From positions 1-64,000 of the forward strand of contig RHPI01000585.1 of assembly GCA_009103225.1 (NCBI GenBank): DNA of 64,000 nucleotides. Direction: 5' to 3'. Shown one piece after another: positions 1 through 10,657 of this stretch (position 1 is the first letter of the stretch; each line of letters starts with the position of its first letter). Below the pieces are notes generated by a model. The model worked only from the letters and a program-made list of their open reading frames with translations, did no database searches and had not been told where the DNA came from. The position numbers and the translations under genes are program-made. The DNA is from Chlorokybus atmophyticus. Its lineage: Eukaryota; Plantae; Mesostigma and Chlorokybus algae.

Positions 1-891
1 ATTGCCGCCGCGCCCATCAGCAAGTGGGATTGAAGGACCAGTTGATGGGATTGAATCCAGGCTTGCATAGAAGCTCCAACAGGACGTAGTGCACTGTGGT
101 GCTGTCAACCAATCACATGTGGGTTAGCTGCATGCTTGTGACACTGCAATTGCAATAGTCAATTGCGTCACACCGTCATCAGTTGGTTGCTTCGAAGCGT
201 CACCTGCGGAATTGCTGGTTGATGCACGAATAGTTGCATGGACTGCGTCATTGCTGGTTGATGCACTATTGGTTGACTGCCGGACGAATGGCCACGCGCT
301 CCTGTGCTCAAACCCAGCCTACTTTGTTCGGCACGCGCGCGCGACTTCGCACGCTCACGCACATCCTAGCATGCAAAGGTAAGCATGCATTGGAGCCGAC
401 ATTGCAGTCAACATGCACAGCGAGATTGGCAACAACATACCGCCGCCCAGCTCTGTCTATCTGCTCTTGCTTCCGCAATGTCGGCTTGACTGTAGGGTGG
501 GTATGGGTGAATAGTGGAGGCCTGCAGCCACGCTACATATATCACATGAACTGCGCTAAAAAACAAATTGCTCTTGCAAGAAAATGCATGTGATTGTTGA
601 GCGTACCTCTGCATTCCTTTGTGCTTGTTCCCACAGCCGCAATTGGTCCCGCATGGTTCTGACAAGGGGCTCCAAGGACTGCAGCTCCTGATCCACTCCT
701 TGTTGCAAAAAGCGAGCTACTAAGCAGCTCTCTGTGTGAAGATGGTCTTTAATGGCTTGCCTGCTGGTTTGTCCAATGTTGGTGATGCATGTTGGACAGC
801 CCCATTGCTGACGCCTGCCATGATCCATGACGTGGCGACCGGTAGTAGCTGGCTTCGCTGCTTGAACTCTTACGACCACGACTTCTCGCAA
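1..891 (-). pseudogene. N-terminal exons of a probable Plavaka-like (CMC/EnSpm-related) transposase, running off the left edge
   Basis: Minus ORF 556-891 has a CxxC-H-C zinc finger (WGCPTCITNIGQTSRQAIKDHLHTESC) comparable to the finger starting the clear Plavaka gene at 51759 (CPYCHMRFATRSLVYMHIISSRVC). A GGC tract lies upstream in both. A further exon near 30-105 reads VHYVLLELLCKPGFNPINWSFNP. The catalytic core is outside the window. Confidence 0.45.
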
Positions 892-1080
892 GATTTGCCA
901 CGCCGCCGCCGCCGCCGCCGCCTCCTCCGACTCCTGGTCCTCCGCCTTCTAATCGAACCCAGGCCCATCAAGCCTGACATTCGACCCGTCATCGACCTGG
1001 TGCCCCTGCGTGCCATCATCCGGCCATCAATGAAGCGTGTTTGGGTGAGTGCACGCTAACACCCATTTGGGCTGATCGAG

Positions 1081-1204
1081 CAATGCCTCTGTCGTACCAT
1101 GGATGGTACGACAGAGGCATTGTACGGCAATCGCTGGGGTTGGACGAGAGATGCCTCTGTCGTATCATAAATGTTACGACACAACCATTGTTACCAATGG
1201 TTGT
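1081..1204. promoter_or_regulatory. Palindrome cluster between divergent genes
   Basis: Perfect 20-bp inverted repeat caatgcctctgtcgtaccat-gg-atggtacgacagaggcattg (1081-1122), a degenerate copy at 1151-1180, and hairpin acaaccattg-ttac-caatggttgt (1181-1204). Confidence 0.7.
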
Positions 1205-1424
1205 ATGAAGCACGAATGGCACGAATGCATAAGTCGTACCATTAACCATAGGAGCAAAGACGCACTACAAGTGCGACTCTAGTGCGGGACTCTACACGTT
1301 CAAAACCGCTTCATTTTCGTTTTCGCGCCTCGTACATTCGGGCGGGCCAACCGGCGGCGGCAGCGTTGGAGGCGGCAGCGCCACTATTAGCTAAACAGGC
1401 GGCACCCGACTATGAGTTGGAGAG

Positions 1425-3243
1425 ATGCCTCGTGGTCCATCCGTAAGTGCACCTCGTCGTGGAGGTCGGCGCCAGTTGTCCACATTGCCCCCAGTGTTCA
1501 ACCAGGCACCCGTCGCCAACCAATCGCAGCAAGACCCCGCGCTAACGCCCAGCACATCACAACAACTCCACCTGACACCGCAGTCGCAAGGGCAAGCTAG
1601 ACTGCATGCGTTCTTGATGCACTGTGCACGTTGCTTCTTGCTCAACTTCTAACTTGGATGCTTGCTTCTTTCATGATTAGCACAGTGACTCACTGCATGC
1701 GTTCTGGATAGACTGTGCACGCTGTTCTATTTTTGCAACTGTGAGGGTTGCATCTTTCATGGCTGGCAGCATGACTCATGTGGTTGTGCTTGCAGAGGGT
1801 CGATTGGAACCCCCAACCCAAACGCATTTGGCCGTGACGTGGCAACCATCGGCCGTCAGCAACCCTTCCCCAAGCAAGTGGAAGATTGGCAACGAGGTAA
1901 GCACTGTGTGACACTGTGACACTATGTATATGTGTGTAACGGATTATTCTTCTCTGGACAGCATTTGCCAGATGCCGTCGTTGAAATTATAAACGGCCAC
2001 TGGGTAGAGAGCCACGTTTATCCCAAGGAGGACACTATTTGTAACGTCATGTGTCAGGTGCTGTGAATGCTTCATGACCGCACTGCACCGTGACACTGAC
2101 CAACCTGCCCGTGACAGGTAATTGGCTTCGACCATGACGACGAGGCCGATGCGGTCAAGTTCTATGAGGTGTACTGGACTCCCAAGGTGTGCCCCTTCCA
2201 CTGGAGTGTCGCCTTGAAGAAAGCTACGCAGGTCCGGTCTAAGAACGTCACCAAGATCAAGCATGTCCGTGAGAAGGAGTACAAGTGGACACTGTTTAAC
2301 AGCAACAAGCGCAAGTGAGTTGGGTCCCTCACCACCATGTCTGCTATGCAACACTGCCTTCTTACTCAGCCTCCATACACACGTTCTCATCTCGCCTTTT
2401 ATAACCGATTCAATCAGGCACATCGACACCCTAATGAACCCCGAGACCCAAAAAGCCCAGATGCGCAACGCGCTCCAAAGTAAGTCAATGGCACTATTCT
2501 AGCCTGGTGCAGGCTCAACTTGAACTATCTATATCGTGACTTATGCCTTGTTGGTATGACTGTCGCAGACAAGTCATGGCGGGGATTTGAGGTGACCGAC
2601 ATTGCAGACCCGGAGCGGAGGAGATACATCCATGAATGGGGCAGTCCCATGATCTGGCAAATGATCGTGCAATGCTGGTCTTACGCCGTCACTACACCTG
2701 GTCGCCGGCAGCTGACAGTCAACCACCTCGCATACCTGTTGCTTACGGTGAGCACTCTGAACTCCATCATTAGCAATTCAGGAATGCTGTAGCCCCAAAC
2801 CAAAGGCTTACATACGCGTTGCAGTGAATAGTGGCTTTCGATGCCACTAAGACATGCCTGTAAACTACGCAGATGGAGCGCATCCTAAAGGGCAAGAGTG
2901 GAGACCCTGTCCTAGCTGCCAGCATGAAGAGTACCTCAGCGAAATCAACACCATGATCATGTCAATGAAGCGGGAGATGAGGCAACAGTACGCAGCCCTC
3001 CAGCCATTCACTCTTGTGAAAGGCCGCATTGCATCTTGTGTCGAATATCTGAAAGATCCCAATCGGCGCCGGCCGCAAGAGACAGCAGCTCGTGACCCGC
3101 TCGCTGAGGCAGAAGCGGCATTTGATTGGCTGGCACAACCGTTTGAGGAGGAAGAGCAAGCTCCGGCGTCTCCTCCACAGGCCCCAGCGCGTGGTGCTTT
3201 GTTCCATGATGACGAGCAAAGCGATGATGGAGAGGAGCTGTAG
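1425..3243 (+). CDS. Spliced gene of unknown function (putative transposon partner gene), probably frameshifted near 2930
   Basis: GT-AG exons join in frame: ...KWKIGNE|HLPDAVVEIINGHWVESHVYPKEDTICNVMCQ|VIGFDHDDEADAVKFYEVYWTPKVCPFHW...FNSNKR|KHIDTLMNPETQKAQMRNALQ|NKSWRGFEVTDIADPERRRYIHEWGSPMIWQ...LAYLLLT|MERILKGKSG...EINTMIMSMKREMRQ...acidic tail, stop at 3243. The 5' exon is uncertain. Confidence 0.6.
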
Positions 3244-3589
3244 CGCAGTTGGTAGTCCGTTTAGCTGATAGTGTACATAGCAACAAGGCTCTTGTGACTG
3301 AGTGTTGTGCATCTTAAACCAGCTCAGTCATTCGTCATTATGCTCATGCATGTCAATACTTGCATCTCTATGATATACAACAGAACTGCATTCGAGTCAC
3401 ACAATCGAACTACAAGCCTTGGCAAGTGACTGAGAGACACTGTACACATTTCAGGTACATGTACACAGCACAGGCACATAACAATGCTGGCAGGCAATGA
3501 CAGTCGCGTGTAGTCAAGCTATGCAAATACATATAACGACAGTTCGGCATTAGTCACCTTCAGTTGTTAAAGGATGCCTTATTTTGTCG

Positions 3590-4047
3590 ATAATTACCTA
3601 GTTGGTGCTTGTAAATTAGGCTTAGTGGCCTGCGCTGGACTGGTGTGTAACCTGCAGGTGCCTATCACATAGGCTGAGTCACCCAAGTAAGACTGATGTG
3701 TAATTTGCAAGTGCCTGCTAATTAGGTGTAGTCACATGTTAAGGCCTGATGTGTAACTTACAGGTGCCCGTTGATTAGTTGTAGTCACCTTAGTAAGGCC
3801 TGATGTGTAACTAACAAGTGCCTGTAAATTATATAAAGTCACCTGTTAAGGCCTGATGTGTAACTAACAGGTGCCTGTTAATAACATAAAGTCACCTGTT
3901 AAGGCCTGATAGGTAACTGACAGGCGCCTGTTAATTAGGCATAGTCAATTGATAAAGACTAAATTGTAACAAAAAGGGCCTGATAGTAACGGAAGTTACT
4001 ATTATGTCCCTGTATCAAGATTACAGGTGGACTGAGCCACGACAGTG
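3590..4047. repeat. Tandem ~52-bp minisatellite (about 7 degenerate units), probable subterminal repeats ending at CAGTG
   Basis: Repeated unit aaggcctgatgtgtaactaacaggtgcctgttaattanntaaagtcacctgtt. The array fades out at gccacgacagtg (4047), the reverse complement of a CACTG terminus. Confidence 0.75.
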
Positions 4048-5150
4048 TAAATTAGTATGCTCATGTGCACGGCCGTTGCCAACTTTTAGTCGGCCGGCAG
4101 GGAAAACATATTGCGACGGTACTTGATTGAGCGAGCCCTCATATGAGATTTCATATGTTCAACATGCCTCTCAAATGAGGACTTTCCTAACTCTAGCTCA
4201 GTGCAAGTCGCATGTGCTCGTACGTGTGCACAGATTTAATGTTAGCTTGATATGTGCTAATCACTTGTATTAAGGCCCCTTTGGGATCTTATGGGTGCAC
4301 ATATTGAATGTGTAGCAAACATCTCGCGCTGCCGTTACGTTATCACACATCGCTGCGTTCAGGCGTGACGCGTTGCAGTGATCACGATTTGTTAACCGCG
4401 ATAAGCGCATTGAAAACCGTTGACCACGATTAATAACCAGGAATTATATTCTCAGCTAGTTGACCATGGGTGATGGGTTTAAGGGTCATTTAACCAAGTA
4501 TTCTTGGTAAATTAACCTTAAACTATTTTACACCACACCGTCCGCAGCTGCATGCTGCGATATCGGCTATGCAGCGGCGCCTTACAACATTGCTTGTGCG
4601 GCCTGTGCACTTTGTGCGGCCCTGTACGGCCGCCTGTTTGGCCGGTTCAGACATGTGCCGCCTGTGCGGCTGTGTACACCCGCTTGTGCGGCGTATCTAG
4701 CACGTCACTTTGACGTAACAGATGGCGCCGCGGCTTGCGATTAGCGGCGGCCATTATGCCGTCATTTTAAGCTGTCGTGACCGTTGGATTATTATCCAAT
4801 GGTTTAAGGGCCGTTAGGCCTTGACAGCAGCCAATTTTGCATAGCAGCTGTTCTTGGCCGCGTTTTTGCATATATGTGCTTGAATTTGACGTAGCTAATG
4901 CAGCCGCATTTTTAGCGGCCTCCCCACCGTCGGGTTTATATCCGACGGCCTGCCCCTCTTGCAAGACTCTGCACTGTGCAAAGCCTTCCCGCGACTGTTT
5001 CGCACAGTTGCAGAGGCACTGGGCGGCGGCGGCAGTGGCGGCGACAGTGCTGGTGTAGTTGGGCATAGGGCTGATGATGGTGGCTTAGCCACCAAAACTT
5101 GTTCTCTCACCGGCCCCCTTGTACAGCCAGCACCTCCTTTCCTCTTTGTT

Positions 5151-5180
5151 AACCCCAACCCCAACCCCAACCCCAACCCC
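5151..5180. repeat. (AACCCC)5 microsatellite
   Basis: Directly visible; abuts the 5' end of the Penelope-like remnant. Confidence 0.95.
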
Positions 5181-5189
5181 AATCCTACT

Positions 5190-5590
5190 AACAGAGAACT
5201 CTTAAGATATTGCGCGAGATCATCTCACTTAGATGATTTGCTTAAGCTGCGGAATGCTTTCTGAGATAGACTGTTAATGCGCGGCTACTCCAAGAGGTCT
5301 TGCTTAAAGCATTTTCTCAAGTGACATACGATGACAGGGAACAGCTATTAGGAAAATATAGAGTTGTGCGACAGCGAGCTCCTTTGCCTTTGGTGTATAG
5401 GACTACTTAAACACTAAGACATGGATGCTTTAGGCTGTATGATTTGCTATCCCTACACAGGTTACGTGAGGCTAAGAGTGATGCACGCACTGATATGCTT
5501 ACCACACCCCCTGTTATAGCTTGTATGAAATCCCGTTACGTGGCTTTATGGTTGATACGGTCAGCGCGCACACCACAACCGCAGAGTTGA
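5190..5590 (+). mobile_element. Penelope-like element (PLE) RT C-terminal remnant, 5'-truncated and degenerate
   Basis: Translation across one stop and one frameshift: RELLRYCARSSHLDDLLKLRNAF*DRLLMRGYSKR / QVTYDDREQLL...PLPLVY...PPVIACMKSRYVALWLIRSA. This matches the PLE thumb/linker pattern (ELLRY...RL..RGY; PPVIA...N/L..LLVRA). No GIY-YIG follows. Confidence 0.65.
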
Positions 5591-5809
5591 TTGCTGCTGT
5601 CTTGTTGCGCACCAATGCAATCAGCCTAGCCTCGGTCATGGGCTATGCCTCTCCCTTCAATACGACAGACAACAATACAGGTTCCACCAACAGGAGTGAG
5701 GGTGCTCTCAATTGGACTACTACATTACGCGCACTGGTGGTGCTTTAATGTGGTGATGTGTAGTTACCTTGTTTGGGGGTGTTTGAGATATTACGGTTCC
5801 CTTGTACAA

Positions 5810-6286
<477 letters not shown>

Positions 6287-7629
6287 TGNTGTTGTATTTT
6301 GCAGCTTGATATATTGCTACGTGCTATTGTGGTGTGAAAAGGCTTTTATTGCGCTGCACTACACATAATGGGTGCAATGTAAGCCAAGAAGGCCTTAAGT
6401 ATGATAACCTACACAAGGCATGAGTGGGCTTGCACATGGCTGCTCAATGTCGATGTGACATGGTCACATATGCTTGGGAGCGGCCTTGGAGCAAATCTCG
6501 AGGTGTAGGAATGTGAGCAGACCTCACATTGATGTGACATGGTCACATATGCTTTGAAGCTGCCATGGAGCAGATTTATCATCATTGTAAAACTTGGAGG
6601 ATGGGCATTTTTAATGTTTGCTACTTACAAGTAATGTTATGAACAAGGTCCTTATGCTAAGCATCATGTCCTGGAGGTTGGCTTTCTCTCTCACCAAGTG
6701 AGATAGCTCACTAGCTGTGTTGCGCGCAGACTGTAAGTACAACACTTTTTGCACATGTGAAGTAAAGCCTACCACTGCATGGGGCGCGGCAAATGTGGAG
6801 TTAGCACTATGCATGCTGATGCTGGAGCTGCCCTAGAACAACCCCTTCCCAAGACTTTTCCAAGCTTTGCACTTCCCAACAACTTGTATGCCGCTAAGGT
6901 ATAAGACACACCTGCATAGGAACACATGCGCTGGTCTTAGGCCTTATTTTAATTAAAAGAACCTTTTGAACCGTGTCTTATATTTAAGGAACTTAGTCTT
7001 CGACCCAATGTTAGGCTTGTTGAAAGATGCGACGGTTACATACACAAAGCAATCACATAAACACACTACATTGTTATAATGCTCGCCTTGCGCACCACAT
7101 GACATTTGTGCAGGACTTCAACGTAAACGCGCTCTCATTCGCGCAGCAACACCCTAGTGGAGTGCCAATTGCGAGTACGTTCTGCTAATTTGTTATTCTC
7201 GAGGAACAAACTGCACTGCACTACATGTTTAATGGCTTTGTTAGTTGGCTTGTTGTTTGCTAGCTAATCTACATGAGTTCAATTGATCGTCTTGTTTAAG
7301 TTTGGTCTGCGAGTCTGCAAGTTTGTTGGTCTACTACTTTGTGCTGCGTCGTTATGTGTTCAGCTACTGCTGCTGATTTCGGGTGAAACTGCTGGTCTGC
7401 TTATTTTTGCTGCGCAACATCGCACAATTGCAGCTGGAACTGCAGAAGTAGCACTTCAAAATACTGCTGATGATGGTATGCTGCAAAAACGATGTCACAA
7501 ACTTGCAAGATGCATTGCTTACAGTTGCATCACATGTATTTGTCAAGGCTGTTTGCAACAGGAATCAATCATTTATTGACATCACAATGAGCATGTTGCT
7601 TGTTTTGTGCCATCATTGGCACATGAAAT

Positions 7630-7994
7630 CTAGCACTTAAAAATGCCCATTTTAGCACTGGCACAAAATGATTCTGTGCCAGCACTGGTGTATGAAACCA
7701 ACATCGATTTAGCACATGTTCCAGCACTGGCACGATATTTTATGTGCAAGTTCTAGCACATGCATGAATTGCCAAGCATGGCATCAACCTGTTGTGCCAG
7801 TATTGGCTGCAGGTTGAGTTTACCATTGATGGCACAAAACCGCTTGTGCCACTTACCAGTAGGTAAGCTAGCATCCATTGCTGGCGCAAGCGGTTTTGTG
7901 CCAGTTTCGGGGCTTTTGGGGTGTAGCCCCAAAAAGCATGTGCCAGTACTTGTACAAACGGTTTGTGCTAGACCTGGCACGGGCTGCAGGCCCC
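7630..7994. mobile_element. Right end of an AT-flanked TIR element (same family as 36899-39568)
   Basis: Many tgtgccag / ctggcaca subterminal motifs, terminating in ctggcacgggctgcaggcccc followed by AT (7995-7996). Left end not identified. Confidence 0.55.
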
Positions 7995-7996
7995 AT

Positions 7997-8130
7997 GTGT
8001 ATACATATATATATGATACATATATATATATATCGATATGTATGTGTGTGTATATATGTGTATACTGATATATGTGTGTATATATATATGTATGTATATG
8101 TTTACAACGTACATACTATTGATACTTATG
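7997..8130. repeat. Degenerate (TA)/(TG) microsatellite
   Basis: Directly visible. Confidence 0.9.
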
Positions 8131-8428
8131 TATGGGCTTGCGCCGGCAGACGAGCGTCGACGGCTCCTNAACAAATACGGGATAAAAATAACATTTGGCT
8201 CGCTGGGTGGTGTGACTGGCAACATAAAGGGCAGCCAACGCCGATTTAAGGTACATTTTGCGCACGCGCCAACGAGTGACGCAACATCTGACGCTACCTA
8301 TGCATTGCTTTGGCGCAGCAACCCCCTTGCTTGAAAAAGAGTGACCGCGCCTGACAGACTTATCGGCGCATAGTTGTGTGTCGCAGCTTGGCTTGGCCTG
8401 GCGGCAACCGCCGGCGGCGAGCCAAAGC

Positions 8429-8567
8429 ATGTCAGGCGGCGGCGGCGGCAGCAGCAGCGTTATGGGCGGGCGTTTTGATTCGATCACCTCGCACAGGAGC
8501 AACAGGCTCTCGCTTCTGTGCGTCCTCGTCCTTGTTGTCCTCATGGCCAGAGCAACAGCGGTCGCTG
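8429..8567 (+). pseudogene. First exon of a secreted-protein gene; downstream exons appear decayed
   Basis: MSGGGGGSSSVMGGRFDSITSHRSNRLSLLCVLVLVVLMARATAVA followed by a gtaag donor. Candidate exon at ~9077-9170 is phase-compatible (GPIPFISDFDARKPLHKSFHIQTTSP*) but has a stop. Confidence 0.4.
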
Positions 8568-10657
8568 GTAAGAGCCATACTAACTTAGTTACAAGAGCTC
8601 CAACATTTGAAGCTCTAGGAGTTAGGTGACTGAAGCTTCAAACAACAAACGGCTCGGACGTTGAAAGTGTAGCAACAGCTACAGACCCCCAAACAACTTG
8701 GTTCGATACATGCACATGCGCACATATTTAGCGACTTACCCTCCCATGTGTAGGTTGCTGCTGATGTCAAACTAGTGTTGTAGATGGTAAACGTCCCTTA
8801 TCCGAGCATAAAAGATTTATCAGCACAGCCGTGTTGCGTGCAGGTAAACATTGATGTTTACTAAGTCATGCATAACTAACCGATGGGTTGAGATGTTATT
8901 GTGGGACATGTGTAGCAGGAATAATCAGCCCTGAGTATATGTCGGTTTGGTGGTTGTGTAATATGGGTGAGCGTGATGCGTGTGTTGTGGTTGATCAAAC
9001 TGAGTGCAGGTGATGCATGTGCGCACTACACTGTGCATTGATGTACACTTGAGCTAACAAAGCTCTTGTATTGCAGGTCCAATACCTTTTCATATCCGAT
9101 TTTGATGCAAGGAAGCCATTGCATAAGAGTTTTCATATCCAGACTACTTCTCCATAGCGTGCATTATTGGTAAAGCATTTTTAGGTTGCAAGTCTGATAG
9201 CAACTTAAACCCAACTTTAACATGTTTGCATGTCATGTGGAAAAGTTCAACTACGATAGACCATCGACTTTACTTATAGCATGATCATAAGCGCATTGCA
9301 AAGAGGCGTGTTGTTATCACATCCAAATGCATTGCATGTACAAGCATGCTCCGCTCTATGCGTGAACTTATGCACATATGTCACGGCATTCTGTGTGCAC
9401 AAGTGCGCAGGCGCTTGTGCTCATTGTGACGTTAATGGTGTCATCTGTAATGAAAGAGAAAGAGGTGGGTAAGCTGTGAAGAAGGGTTGTGAAAATTGCT
9501 ACTCAGCGGCACGTGAAGTCTACAAGTCTTTGCTATGCAAGCTTGGATAATGAAGTTGCATCAACCAGCTAAAACCCACTTTAATGCGTTCATTGGGTTG
9601 ATACAACTACCCATGTCCTTGTAGTTTGAGAGATTATGACCTTTTGCCATAGCACTATTGACGAGCTCACTAGTTGGAGGCTTACGAAGACATCGCACGC
9701 ATGTGGTGTTGCAGCAAATGACATGCGGTATTTGCAGAGTATTGTGTGTCTACACGAGATGCGCATCATGTATCTTGCTTTGATGCCACTGTGTTGTATG
9801 TCGCCATGTCTTCTTGCAATTACTCTTCTTTAAAATATCAAAACAAGTAATCTGATGTGAGGCAAAATCTCGGATTCAACACGAATATTGTTGTTCTAGC
9901 CTATCCAAAGCCTGTTAAGCCATTTTTAAAAGGCCCAAGCCAATTACAAAAAGTGTCCCCCCCAGTCGTGCTACATGCCTTGAGGGTGAGTGTGTGTGGG
10001 AGCTAAGTAGGAAGGTTGGTGTTATCCTCTCCTTCCTTAATGTGGTGCTGAAACTTCCCTTGCAACGTGTTACACCGTTGGTTGCTGGGACTTCCAACTG
10101 TAAGTCCTAATAGCTTGTGCATAAGTTTGTCAAGCCGTCCAACAAGCAAGTGAGTGGTTGATGTCACAGGACCCGTCGAGGACAGTCGGATTCATTCAAC
10201 GGGATTTCACATTTTACAGCGGTTGTTTCGCACCAAACTACCAGTGCAAGATGTTAACTCTATTCGAGTTCTACTTGACTTAAGTTTTACTTGACAAGAG
10301 CAATTAAAGAGCTCAAAAGCGTCACAAGATTTTATACCTGCAGCCATATTGACACTTTAAAGGCCCTTACGTTTCAAAGCACAAATAATGCAATGACTTT
10401 GACTGATTTCGATGTAACAACTTACACAAATAAATTTTTACACAGATTGTCAATTGTGTAAAATTAATACCGAAACCGACGTGACTGGCGGCGGCGGCAG
10501 CCTGGGTGTGGCTCTTGGCGTGATCTTTGGCGGCTGTCCTCGCGGGGTGTGGCTGGTTCCCACCCCGCGAGACTCCTCTACCCTCTGTCCTTGGGAGGCG
10601 GTGGCCCTGCCGCTCTCTTGCTGACCTGTTTTCTAACCCTCCATCACCAGCTCAAGG

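Noticed and set aside
1266-1287. cactacaag...tagtg as a CACTA terminus or mini-element
   Set aside because: No matching 3-bp TSD and no partner TIR; it sits inside the divergent spacer.
3984-4001. Hairpin tagtaac-ggaa-gttacta as a Helitron 3' end
   Set aside because: No CTRR at the expected distance and no Rep/helicase sequence; it lies within the subterminal repeat zone.
3590-4047. Regularly spaced repeats resembling a CRISPR array (also 36531-36898 and 48960-49330)
   Set aside because: Whole units are degenerate copies with no unique spacers, there are no cas genes, and the context is eukaryotic.
5151-5180. (AACCCC)5 as a telomere
   Set aside because: Only 30 bp, internal, and not the usual plant or algal telomere motif; treated as a microsatellite.
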